Shown: piece after piece, positions 25,980-33,964 of the stretch
Position numbering within the stretch: position 1 is the first letter of the stretch
How the letters are laid out: each line of letters begins with the position of its first letter
The notes under the pieces: generated by a model
Seen by the model: only the letters and a program-made list of their open reading frames with translations
Database searches by the model: none
What the model was told of the DNA's origin: nothing
NCBI GenBank assembly: GCA_031254675.1
Contig: JAIRTV010000244.1
Span: forward strand, 1 to 33,964
Origin: Planctomycetaceae bacterium
Lineage (GTDB): Bacteria; Planctomycetota; Planctomycetia; Pirellulales; Thermoguttaceae
Direction of reading: 5' to 3'
DNA length: 33,964 nucleotides
Program-made: the position numbers and the translations under genes

Positions 25980-26047
25980 CAATCCACAAAAAAAACACGC
26001 AATAGAGAAAATTACCGTGACCACTTACATATTTTTTCAATATTTTA

Positions 26048-27295
26048 TCAGGGAACGGCATGAGTTTCACCACCGGCAATTGTTCCGATTGCGCCCCAAA
26101 CTCCCCACGGTGAGGCTCCACCATATTTTTGTGCCGGATATTGTCCGCACTCGGTTTCGATGTCAGGGTCGTCCATGGTACGGATAGCGCCACAATCAAT
26201 TGCTTCGGAAACAAAACGCACAGAAGCGTCCGCCAAAGCAACCTGACATCCGCCCGCATGATAACTGGCTGCGGAAATAATCCCTCTGGTATCCGGTTGG
26301 GTTCGGCTTGCTGCACAAGACAAAGCATTAGGCGGTAAAGTTGTAACAAAACCACAGTGATTGATTCTGCATCCGCCCCAGTTGGCTCCAACAAATCGGT
26401 GAACATCAGCAGAAACACAGAAAGCAGAAATTCCTGTTGTACCTGTTTGGAGATTTAAACAGTTACTCGGAGCTGATGTACCGGTAGAATTAAGGTTAAA
26501 ATAACCCAAATCTTCCATAAAAGAACCAGTACCACTAATTATTGTGGAACTAATTGTTATTTTCGTACAGCGACGTTCGGCAAGCAATGCGGTATTACTT
26601 GTTCCGTCGATTATAGATTCTAAGCCGATTTTCCCAAAATTGCCGGGTTTCATAACACCGCGTGTTAAGTCAATACCGCCCGCTGAGTCGGGATAAAAAT
26701 CACCAAAATTGAAACCATAAGTACCACGCCCGGGATTAGTATCGGTTGCCGGTTTTGTATTGGGGTCAGATGGACACAATAATGTAGTAATTTTGGCACG
26801 AAACAATGTATCATCTTGTGGATTAATACAAGCCCCTGATCTCGGAAATAGTGCCATTTTGATTTCCGCATAAAGTTGCTGTTGTTCAATAAAGGGAAGA
26901 ATCGGCGTGAACGGACCAACCAAACTTTGTTTCCAAAGATTTGATTCTGCGGTAGTCATTGATGAGGTGTATGCTCTATATTTAGTCATACCCATGGTGA
27001 GTTGGACACATTGATTGGGCAATTGATTGTGCACATCGTGCAGGTTGTGGCAACCCAACGCCAATTGTTTGGCTTGGTTTGTACACTGAGACCGCCTTGC
27101 TGCTTCGCGCGCCGCTTGAACCGCCGGCAATAATAATGCGATTAAAACACCAATAATCGCAATCACCACCAGAAGTTCGACCAAAGTAAAACCAATTTTC
27201 GGATTTTCATATTGTTTTCGCGCAATTCTTCTTGTCCATTTTAACATTGAATAATTCACCAAATTGTTTAACGTGTTTTTCTTAAAGTTTTTCAT
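26048..27295 (-). CDS. DUF1559 domain protein with a prepilin-type N-terminal cleavage/methylation segment
   Basis: [52 protein letters not shown] is the classic planctomycete pseudopilin-like N-terminus. The C-terminal box is [23 protein letters not shown]. The start may instead be the internal Met of MLKWTRR. Confidence 0.88.
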   Translation of the reverse strand: MKNFKKNTLNNLVNYSMLKWTRRIARKQYENPKIGFTLVELLVVIAIIGVLIALLLPAVQAAREAARRSQCTNQAKQLALGCHNLHDVHNQLPNQCVQLTMGMTKYRAYTSSMTTAESNLWKQSLVGPFTPILPFIEQQQLYAEIKMALFPRSGACINPQDDTLFRAKITTLLCPSDPNTKPATDTNPGRGTYGFNFGDFYPDSAGGIDLTRGVMKPGNFGKIGLESIIDGTSNTALLAERRCTKITISSTIISGTGSFMEDLGYFNLNSTGTSAPSNCLNLQTGTTGISAFCVSADVHRFVGANWGGCRINHCGFVTTLPPNALSCAASRTQPDTRGIISAASYHAGGCQVALADASVRFVSEAIDCGAIRTMDDPDIETECGQYPAQKYGGASPWGVWGAIGTIAGGETHAVP

Positions 27296-27582
27296 GCGTA
27301 ATTTCCTTGTTTAGAAAATGTGTTGGATCACCGCGAACTGTTCACTACTTCACAATGAGTAGTCAAAATGTCGCTAAATTTATTAAATATATTTAACAGC
27401 AAAAACTGTTATAAATCAAGATAATTTTTCTAATTCTTTTGAAAGGCGAAAACGGGGCATCAATATTTTTTGATGTTCTAGAAGTTCGGTTGCCGTTGTG
27501 TGCGTCCGAATGTTGTAAAGATATTGCTAGAAGTTCCTAATGCTAAAAGATTTACGAATTTCGATATTATTTTGGCGATATG

Positions 27583-28641
27583 TTATTGCGATGCGGCGAG
27601 TTTTGCGGCGATGCGGCAGGCTTCGGTTAGACTGCCGGTTTGGGCGGTACCTTGCCACGCCTTGTCGAACGCTGTGCCGTGTGCCACGCTGGTTCGAATG
27701 ATCGGTAAACCGAGCGTAATATTAACCGCTCGATGCATTCCAAGCAACTTCAACGCAATATGCCCTTGATCGTGAAACATGGCAACTACCGCATCGAAAA
27801 TTCCGTGTTGGGCGTTTACCATTATTGTATCGGCGGGAAAAGGACCGTCGATGTTCAAACCTTCGGCAAGAGCTTGTTGAATGGCGGGACGAATCATGTG
27901 AATTTCTTCCGTCCCGAACAATCCTTCTTCGCCTGCATGGGGATTCAACGAACAAACACCAATACGTGGTTTCCGTCCCGATAATCCAATTATTCGTTTC
28001 ATAAAATCGTCAATTAATTTTGCTTTGGCGAGTACGGATTCGATTGTTATCATTTCGAAAATGTTTTTCATTGCGGTATGCAGTGTAACATGAACGACGG
28101 CGAGACCATATTCCGAACGAATATTTTCGCCATGTCCAAGATAAAGCATCATCGCAAAATCTTTAACACCACAATGTTCCGCAAAAATTTCCGTATGACC
28201 GGGATAATGATAACCGGCAAGATTGAGGGCATTTTTGTGAATTGGAGCGGTTACTATCGCATCAATAATTCCTGCTTTGGCATCATTAATAGCACGAATA
28301 ATTGCTTGATACGCGGCATCGCCGGTTCGAGCGTCAACTGTTCCATGCGGAACTTTTGTTACGTTTTTATCGCCGCAACGGATACATGGGATCGTTAAGA
28401 CATTGGAGCAAGTTTCGGACACAACATCCGACGCAGCAGATTGTTGCAACAATTCGCCAACGTTTTGGATTTCCGTAATAACGGCGTTGATATTTCGTAA
28501 CTTTGCAGCGTGTTGCAGAATTTCGGGATGACCGTACACAACCGCTTGACTATTCGTTTGACGAACAATTTCACGCCAAGCCCCAACAATAATTTCAGGA
28601 CCAATTCCGGCGGCGTCACCCATTGTTATACCAAGAATCAT
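27583..28641 (-). CDS. pdxA: 4-hydroxythreonine-4-phosphate dehydrogenase
   Basis: GITMGDAAGIGPEI, TAPIHK, GHTE, NPHAGE and IRTSVAHGTAFD are canonical PdxA motifs. Confidence 0.9.
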   Translation of the reverse strand: MILGITMGDAAGIGPEIIVGAWREIVRQTNSQAVVYGHPEILQHAAKLRNINAVITEIQNVGELLQQSAASDVVSETCSNVLTIPCIRCGDKNVTKVPHGTVDARTGDAAYQAIIRAINDAKAGIIDAIVTAPIHKNALNLAGYHYPGHTEIFAEHCGVKDFAMMLYLGHGENIRSEYGLAVVHVTLHTAMKNIFEMITIESVLAKAKLIDDFMKRIIGLSGRKPRIGVCSLNPHAGEEGLFGTEEIHMIRPAIQQALAEGLNIDGPFPADTIMVNAQHGIFDAVVAMFHDQGHIALKLLGMHRAVNITLGLPIIRTSVAHGTAFDKAWQGTAQTGSLTEACRIAAKLAASQ

Positions 28642-28787
28642 CGTTAATCAATCGTTAATAAATTGTCAATAAAATGAAAAACAGGAAATAAAACAGACAA
28701 CAGACTGGATAACAAAAGTATATCCGATATACTATATTTTTTCTACTCTTGGTGTTTATACTTTAATTACGAACGATAAACGATCAA

Positions 28788-29240
28788 ATGCGTGTTTGTA
28801 TTCAGCGGGTTAAGCGGGCTTCAGTAACATTGCCGGCAACAGGCAACATCGTTAGTGAAATCGGGGTCGGATTGTTGGTACTTTTGGGAGTTGGAACGGA
28901 AGATAGTGAAAATGAAGCGAAAGAGTTGGCGAAAAAGTGTACGGAACTCCGCATTTTCGAAGATGAAATGGGTAAAATGAATCGTTCGTTGATTGATGTT
29001 GGGGGTTCGATGTTGGTTGTGAGCCAATTCACACTTTATGCCGATTGCCGTAAGGGGCGAAGACCAAGTTTTACGGCGGCGGCTTCGCCGGATAAAGCAG
29101 ACCGACTTTATCAGATTTTCATCGAAACAATTAGAAATCGTGGTATTTCTGTTGCGACCGGCGTATTCCGTAATGAAATGCATGTCGAATTGATTAACGA
29201 CGGACCTGTTACGATCTGGATTGATACGACGCAACGCTAA
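28788..29240 (+). CDS. dtd: D-aminoacyl-tRNA deacylase
   Basis: [13 protein letters not shown]...GLLVLLGV...[13 protein letters not shown]...[20 protein letters not shown]...NDGPVTIW is the canonical Dtd pattern. Confidence 0.92.
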   Translation: MRVCIQRVKRASVTLPATGNIVSEIGVGLLVLLGVGTEDSENEAKELAKKCTELRIFEDEMGKMNRSLIDVGGSMLVVSQFTLYADCRKGRRPSFTAAASPDKADRLYQIFIETIRNRGISVATGVFRNEMHVELINDGPVTIWIDTTQR

Positions 29241-29820
29241 TTCGGCGCTAAACGGAAAAATTGAAGGTACGAAATAAACGTAACAATCTATTTTGTTTTC
29301 CTTTTTTGCCTAAAAAATAAATTTAATGGCGTTGTAAAGTATAGTGAGCCTAACCAATGTTCTTCATTAGATAGGGCATCACTAAATATTCCGCTAATAT
29401 TATCAGCAAAGACACTAATGGTCATTGTATCTATTGAGGACATTCTATTACAAAAAACTGTCCATGGAACAAACGAAAGAACTCGGTGATTATCTCAATC
29501 ATGTGATTCATTCATTATAAAATTGCCAATTGCAAAGGCTTGATCCAAACTTATATTGTCGGGTACAAATAAAAAAGAATAAAAAAAATTACTACGGAAA
29601 TTTTCGTTAAAATATTAGTCACCACACACCGCGAAACATGACCCCAACCAAACATGGTCAAATGTGGCCTACCTGATGTTGACCGGAACAAAATATCGAA
29701 TATACTTCTTTGCTCACCTCGTTTACCGAATTAACACACCATTCGCTGAACGCTAGAACATTTTTGGTATTCTGAATTTTTATCCTGTAAGAGAGTTTCT
29801 ATTTAGAGAACAGATATAAT

Positions 29821-31617
29821 ATGGATACAACAATCGATTTTGACAGTACTGATTCGGTTCGCAATGCGAAACCATTGAAACATGTTCAGGAGGTCATTTT
29901 TCGAACGCCGTTGGTTTTGGAACATGGGGCGGTGTTGCCGGAAGTTAAAATTGCTTACGAAACTTACGGTACGCTCAACAGCAAAAAAGATAACGCTATT
30001 TTACTTTGTCACGCGTTGTCCGGCGATTCTCATGTGGCGTCTCATGATGCGGATGACGATCCGGGTTGGTGGGAGATTATGGTCGGTCCCGACAAACCAA
30101 TTGATACAAATCAATTTTTTGTTATTTGTACGAATTGTCTTGGCGGTTGTCGTGGGACGACTGGACCCGATGACACCAACCCGACAACCGGTCGGCGCTA
30201 CGGAATGGATTTTCCCGAAATTACGATTGGCGATATTGTTGAAGCGCAAAGTCTTTTGATTGATTATCTTGGTATTGGTCGATTGCTTTCGGTGATTGGC
30301 GGTTCTTTGGGTGGAATTATGGCACAAGAATGGTCAACTCGATTTCCTGACCGGCTTGTTTCCGTGGTTTTGCTGGCGACAGCAGCCCATTTGACCAGTC
30401 AAGCGTTGGCGTTTGATATTGTTGCGCGTAATGCTATTCAGAGCGATCCGAATTTTCACGGCGGTCAATATCACGAAAAAGGCGTGGTTCCAGCTGATGG
30501 TTTGGCGATTGCTCGAATGTTGGGGCATATTACTTATTTGTCGCGTGAATCAATGATGAAAAAATTCGATGCGAACCGATCACAAGGACGGCAAGTTAAA
30601 ACAAAATTTGAGACAAAATTTTCGGTTGGCTCTTATTTGGCTTATCAGGGCGACAAATTTGTTGAGCGGTTTGACGCGAACAGTTACATGATTATTTCTA
30701 AAGCGATTGACGATTTTGATCTTGGCAGCACGCCGGAAGAATTGAAAAAGTCATTGCGTAAGTCAATGTGTCGTTGGTTAATTCTGAGCTTTTCGAGTGA
30801 TTGGCTTTTTCCGTCTTTTTTGTCACGTGAAATAGTGGATGCGTTAATTTCTCTTAACAAGCGTGTTAATTATTGTGACATACCGAGTGAGTACGGACAT
30901 GATGCGTTTCTTTTGCCGCATGAATTGCCGTTGTATGGAGAAATGGTTCGGTCGTTTTTGCGTCATGTTGTTTTTGAGCAGGCGTCTGGTGGGTTGCCGT
31001 CGTTTCAATATTATGATCGGTTGGATTATGAACAGATTCTTGATTTGATTCCACGTGGAGCGAAGGTTCTTGATTTGGGTTGTGGTCGAGGTGGTTTGTT
31101 GGCGCGGCTTCGGCAACGGGACGACAATCGGGTTTTGGGACTTGAAATCAAAGAGAAATATGTGTTACAGTGTATTGATCGTGGTATTGATGTTGTCCAA
31201 ACCGACTTGAATACCGGTCTCAAAGCTTTTGAGGATGACCAATTCGATTTTGTTATTTTGTCGAAAACGTTACAAACAGTGCGTGATGTGGAATTTGTGT
31301 TGGATGAAATGTTGCGTGTTGGGACGCGAGGGATTATTAGTTTTCCGAATCTGGGTTTTCACGAACACCGTCGCCGTCTTACAGAAGAAGGACGTGCGCC
31401 GCGTGTTGATCTTGGTCGTGATTCCAGCGAATGGTACAACACGGCGAATGTACGTTTTTTGACGTTAGCTGATTTCGAAGATTTTTGTGCGCAAAAGAAA
31501 TTCCGTATTCACCATTGTGTTCCGTTGAACACGCAACAACACAAACAAATTGAAGACGACCCCAACCAAAATGCGGATGTGGTTATTGTTGTGCTAAGTC
31601 GCGGGCTTTCCCAATGA
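29821..31617 (+). CDS. metX: Fused homoserine O-acetyltransferase (MetX) and MetW methionine-biosynthesis protein
   Basis: The N-terminal roughly 385 aa form the MetX alpha/beta hydrolase: CHALSGDSHV, GWW..MVGP.KPIDT, CTNCLGGCRGTTGP, nucleophile elbow GGSLGG, SSDWLFP and GHDAFL. The C-terminal roughly 200 aa are MetW: VLDLGCGRGGLLARL, FDFVILSKTLQ, LDEMLRVG, IISFPNLG and WYNTANVRFLT. It is a single uninterrupted ORF. Confidence 0.9.
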   Translation: MDTTIDFDSTDSVRNAKPLKHVQEVIFRTPLVLEHGAVLPEVKIAYETYGTLNSKKDNAILLCHALSGDSHVASHDADDDPGWWEIMVGPDKPIDTNQFFVICTNCLGGCRGTTGPDDTNPTTGRRYGMDFPEITIGDIVEAQSLLIDYLGIGRLLSVIGGSLGGIMAQEWSTRFPDRLVSVVLLATAAHLTSQALAFDIVARNAIQSDPNFHGGQYHEKGVVPADGLAIARMLGHITYLSRESMMKKFDANRSQGRQVKTKFETKFSVGSYLAYQGDKFVERFDANSYMIISKAIDDFDLGSTPEELKKSLRKSMCRWLILSFSSDWLFPSFLSREIVDALISLNKRVNYCDIPSEYGHDAFLLPHELPLYGEMVRSFLRHVVFEQASGGLPSFQYYDRLDYEQILDLIPRGAKVLDLGCGRGGLLARLRQRDDNRVLGLEIKEKYVLQCIDRGIDVVQTDLNTGLKAFEDDQFDFVILSKTLQTVRDVEFVLDEMLRVGTRGIISFPNLGFHEHRRRLTEEGRAPRVDLGRDSSEWYNTANVRFLTLADFEDFCAQKKFRIHHCVPLNTQQHKQIEDDPNQNADVVIVVLSRGLSQ

Positions 31618-31760
31618 TGATTCTTATTAATGATGATTCTTATTTGCGTCAAGGGTTGCGTTCTGTGTGACGACCAACCGCAATCTTATTGCGAATTGGG
31701 AACATGAAGAAGAGTTGTTGATTGTTTTTGTTTGTCTATTTCGTTTGTGTTTGATTTTTT

Positions 31761-32537
31761 ATGAATATTTATGATTATCCGGTGTTGTATGATGTTCTTT
31801 TTTCGGATTCGTGGAAGCGGGAAATCGAATTTCTGAAAGCGATACTTTTGCGTTATTGTCATCTTTCCGAGAGCGGAAGAATTTTTGAACCGGCTTGTGG
31901 GACGGGGCGGCTTTTGTGGCGATTGGCTCAATTGGGTCACGATATTGTCGGGCTCGACCTAAACCCGAATGCAATTCTCTTTTGCAATAAACGGCTTCGG
32001 CGACATGGTTTGGCGGAATCGGCAATTTATGGCGATATGACTTGTTTTTCTTTGAGTGATCTGGGACAAAAGCAACCGTTTGATTTGGCGTTTAATTTCG
32101 TGAGTAGTTTTTTGCATTTGACGTCGGAATCGGCGGCGTTGTCGCATCTTTGTGCGATTGCGGATGTTTTGAAGCCGAATGGTATTTATCTTCTTGGTTT
32201 GCATTTGTTGCCGCGGGGCAATGCTATTTGTTCGCGTGAGGAGTGGTTTGTTCGTCATGGTTCTCTTGGGTTGCAATCGCGGTTGTTGCGTTTATCGCTT
32301 AACCGGCGGCAACGTATTGAAACAGTTGAATTTCGTATTGAGGCGACAACACCGACGCGGTGTTATGAAGTTATTGATACGTTTCCGCTTCGGACGTACA
32401 CACTTCGGCAGTTTCAATTTCTTCTTAGCAAGGTGAATCGGTTTGTTATTCTTGAGACGTTTGATTTTAATCTTCGCTCTCCGGTTTTGGTTGACGCGCA
32501 AACCGAAGATGTTGTTTTCGTCCTAAAAAAAATTTAA
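31761..32537 (+). CDS. Class I SAM-dependent methyltransferase
   Basis: Motif I is IFEPACGTGRLLWRLAQLGHDIVGLDLNPNAI. The acidic post-I residue and motif II/III spacing (FDLAFNFVSSF..., LKPNGIYLL) also fit. Confidence 0.8.
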   Translation: MNIYDYPVLYDVLFSDSWKREIEFLKAILLRYCHLSESGRIFEPACGTGRLLWRLAQLGHDIVGLDLNPNAILFCNKRLRRHGLAESAIYGDMTCFSLSDLGQKQPFDLAFNFVSSFLHLTSESAALSHLCAIADVLKPNGIYLLGLHLLPRGNAICSREEWFVRHGSLGLQSRLLRLSLNRRQRIETVEFRIEATTPTRCYEVIDTFPLRTYTLRQFQFLLSKVNRFVILETFDFNLRSPVLVDAQTEDVVFVLKKI

Positions 32538-32650
32538 TAGTGAATAGTTGATAGTGAATAGTGAATAGTGTCGCATGCGGAAATTTAGCGAAAACGATAA
32601 ATTCCGCATGCGACACTATTCACTATACACTATTCACTATTAACTATATT
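32534..32650. repeat. 117-bp inverted repeat: opposed 7-bp heptad arrays flanking a GC palindromic core
   Basis: Left arm, five heptads: TTAATAG TGAATAG TTGATAG TGAATAG TGAATAG (32534-32568). Core: TGTCGCATGCGGAAATT-loop-AAATTCCGCATGCGACA (32569-32615). Right arm, five heptads: CTATTCA CTATACA CTATTCA CTATTAA CTATATT (32616-32650). It starts on the TAA stop of the methyltransferase gene. Confidence 0.85.
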
Positions 32651-32864
32651 ATCGGTATGTTGTGCAAAAGTGTTTTCGCAGATATAGCCGTGCAAGCAGG
32701 TATAGCCGTGCAATTGGGGAAAGAGAGAATAACAAGATGATTCAAGTCTTTTTTTGAGAAAGTTTTGGAGTGGGTCGATATGCTTTTTTGTGAAGAGTTT
32801 TTTGTTTGTTTTATCCTGAAAGAGCGAATTGATTGGTATTTTCTTTTTCTTTCCAGCCATTCCT

Positions 32865-33737
32865 ATGCACGAAATTCCATTTAATGATTATGATTTTGCG
32901 GCACTTGGTGTTCAATCGCCGTTGGAAACTTATCTCCGTGAGATTAATGAGACGGTTCTTTTGACGCCGGAAGAAGAGCAATATTTAGCGTTGGCGGTTT
33001 GTGCGGGCGATATGGAGGCGCGTGATAAAATGGTTCGTGCCAATCTCCGGTTGGTCGTCAATATAGCGCGAGGTTATACCGGCAAAGGGTTAAGTCTGCA
33101 AGATTTGATCGAAGAAGGAAATTTGGGACTCCTCCGGGCCGTCGAGGGATTCGACCCGTCAATGGGAACCCGTTTTTCTACTTATGCGAGTTATTGGATC
33201 AAACAATCAATCAAGCGTTCGTTGATTAATTCGGCGAAAACGATTCGTATTCCGGCGTACATGGTCGAACTTTTGTCGAAGTGGCGACGTGCCGGTATTC
33301 GTCTTTCGGAAGATTTGGGGCGTTCACCAACACCAGAAGAGATTGCGCGTTTTCTTGGTTTGCCTCGTAAGAAGTTGCCTATTATCAAGAAGGCGATTCT
33401 CATCAACAATTTGATTCCGCAACCGGATCAACCCGAAATCGGGTGGACTCTCAACGAAATGATTATGGACGAACGCTCTCGGAGTCCAGAAGAAGAAATG
33501 CTTGAAAACGATAATTTAACTTTTATCATGGAGCAATTGGAATTGATGGACATTCGAGATGCGACGATATTGAAGATGCGGTTTGGTCTTGGTGGTAGTG
33601 CGGCGCTGACTCTCAAGGAAATCGGGGAACGCCTCGGGCTAACAAGGGAAAGAGTCCGGCAAATCGAAACCGAAGCCCTCACTCGTTTAGCGGAATATCT
33701 TGACGGAACGCGAACACGCCAAGTCGCCGCAGGATAA
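32865..33737 (+). CDS. RNA polymerase sigma-70 family factor (regions 1.2-4 present, no region 1.1; group 2/3-like)
   Basis: YLREINETVLLTPEEEQ, ARDKMVRANLRLVVNIARGY, DLIEEGNLGLLRAVEGFDP..GTRFSTYASYWIKQSI, IRIPAYMVE and TLKEIGERLGLTRERVRQIETEAL. The start is moved to MHEIPF (ATG 32865); the track start is a TTG. Confidence 0.9.
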   Translation: MHEIPFNDYDFAALGVQSPLETYLREINETVLLTPEEEQYLALAVCAGDMEARDKMVRANLRLVVNIARGYTGKGLSLQDLIEEGNLGLLRAVEGFDPSMGTRFSTYASYWIKQSIKRSLINSAKTIRIPAYMVELLSKWRRAGIRLSEDLGRSPTPEEIARFLGLPRKKLPIIKKAILINNLIPQPDQPEIGWTLNEMIMDERSRSPEEEMLENDNLTFIMEQLELMDIRDATILKMRFGLGGSAALTLKEIGERLGLTRERVRQIETEALTRLAEYLDGTRTRQVAAG

Positions 33738-33776
33738 TGTTTGTGTGGTTTCGTTGGTTTTGAAAACCTGTTCCAA

Positions 33777-33807
33777 AGCCGAAGAGATGCTCTTCGGCTT
33801 TTTTTTT
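33777..33807 (+). terminator. Rho-independent terminator of the sigma factor gene
   Basis: AGCCGAAGAG-atg-CTCTTCGGCT is a 10-bp perfect stem followed by an 8-T run (33800-33807). It starts 40 nt after the stop codon. Confidence 0.85.
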
Positions 33808-33835
33808 GTGGTTCTCGCCAACTCTTTGGGGGGTC

Positions 33836-33964
33836 GGTTATGGGGAACCAAGGTTTGGTTCCATGGAACTAAGGTTTGGTTCCATGGAACTAAGGTTTGG
33901 TTCCATGGAACCAAGGTTCGGTTCCATGGAACCAAGATTTGGTTCCATGGAACTAAGGTTTGGT
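33836..33964. repeat. Tandem array of 21-bp units, each carrying the 14-bp palindrome GGTTCC-ATGG-AACC; continues past the window edge
   Basis: Unit starts are at 33836 (degenerate), 33857, 33878, 33899, 33920, 33941 and 33962 (cut by the window end), so the period is exactly 21 bp. Variation is confined to the spacer and the last palindrome base (AAC[C/T]AAG[G/A]TT[T/C]). Confidence 0.9.

Noticed and set aside
25975-26418. 147-aa minus-strand ORF overlapping the 3' part of the DUF1559 gene
   Set aside because: It is out of frame with, and contained in, the motif-supported DUF1559 CDS, and has no independent support.
29241-29820. SAM-I / SAM-II riboswitch upstream of metXW
   Set aside because: I looked for the conserved core sequences by eye and could not find them. 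A covariance-model scan is needed before claiming presence or absence. It is kept only as a low-interest open question.
33687-33935. 82-aa minus-strand ORF with LVPWNQT heptapeptide repeats
   Set aside because: It is generated by the 21-bp palindromic tandem array. It would have to read through the sigma-factor terminator and overlap the 3' end of that gene. Several frames are open simply because the unit is 7 codons long. A coding role for the array in a gene beginning beyond the window cannot be fully excluded.
33836-33964. Possible CRISPR array
   Set aside because: The repeats are directly contiguous with no unique spacers, the unit is only 21 bp, and no cas genes are in the window.

Overview
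This 34-kb window looks like a chromosomal segment from a Planctomycetota-type genome. That inference rests on a DUF1559 protein with a prepilin-type N-terminus, a tandem DUF1080 protein, a giant multi-N-domain secretin, and a Ser/Thr kinase with the planctomycete-style N-terminal extension. Most genes are housekeeping or core metabolism: an initiating sugar transferase, rplM-rpsI, a MOFRL glycerate kinase, purE, RNase Y, pdxA, dtd, a fused metX-metW, a sigma-70 factor and a GT39-like glycosyltransferase. There is also a sugar-scavenging locus (secreted ADP-ribosylglycohydrolase-fold protein, DMT sugar transporter, ribokinase and a divergent GntR/LacI-hybrid regulator), which resembles the uncharacterised E. 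coli yegTUV/yegW cluster. I found no rRNA, tRNA or CRISPR array. What the genes do not explain is a family of modular, nested-palindrome intergenic repeats at four loci (about 6.4, 7.05, 14.65 and 21.7 kb). Two copies bracket a DUF1559 gene remnant. The family shares 7-bp heptad arrays with a 117-bp inverted repeat after the methyltransferase gene (32.5 kb). A perfectly phased 21-bp tandem array of 14-bp palindromes (GGTTCCATGGAACC) runs off the right edge of the window. Other points of interest are an internally deleted IS66-like transposase relic, a small AT-hook/H1-like basic protein in an AT-rich decayed stretch, and a kinase carrying a degenerate pseudo-receiver domain next to the secretin. 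All calls come from reading the sequence and ORF translations by eye; no searches were run.
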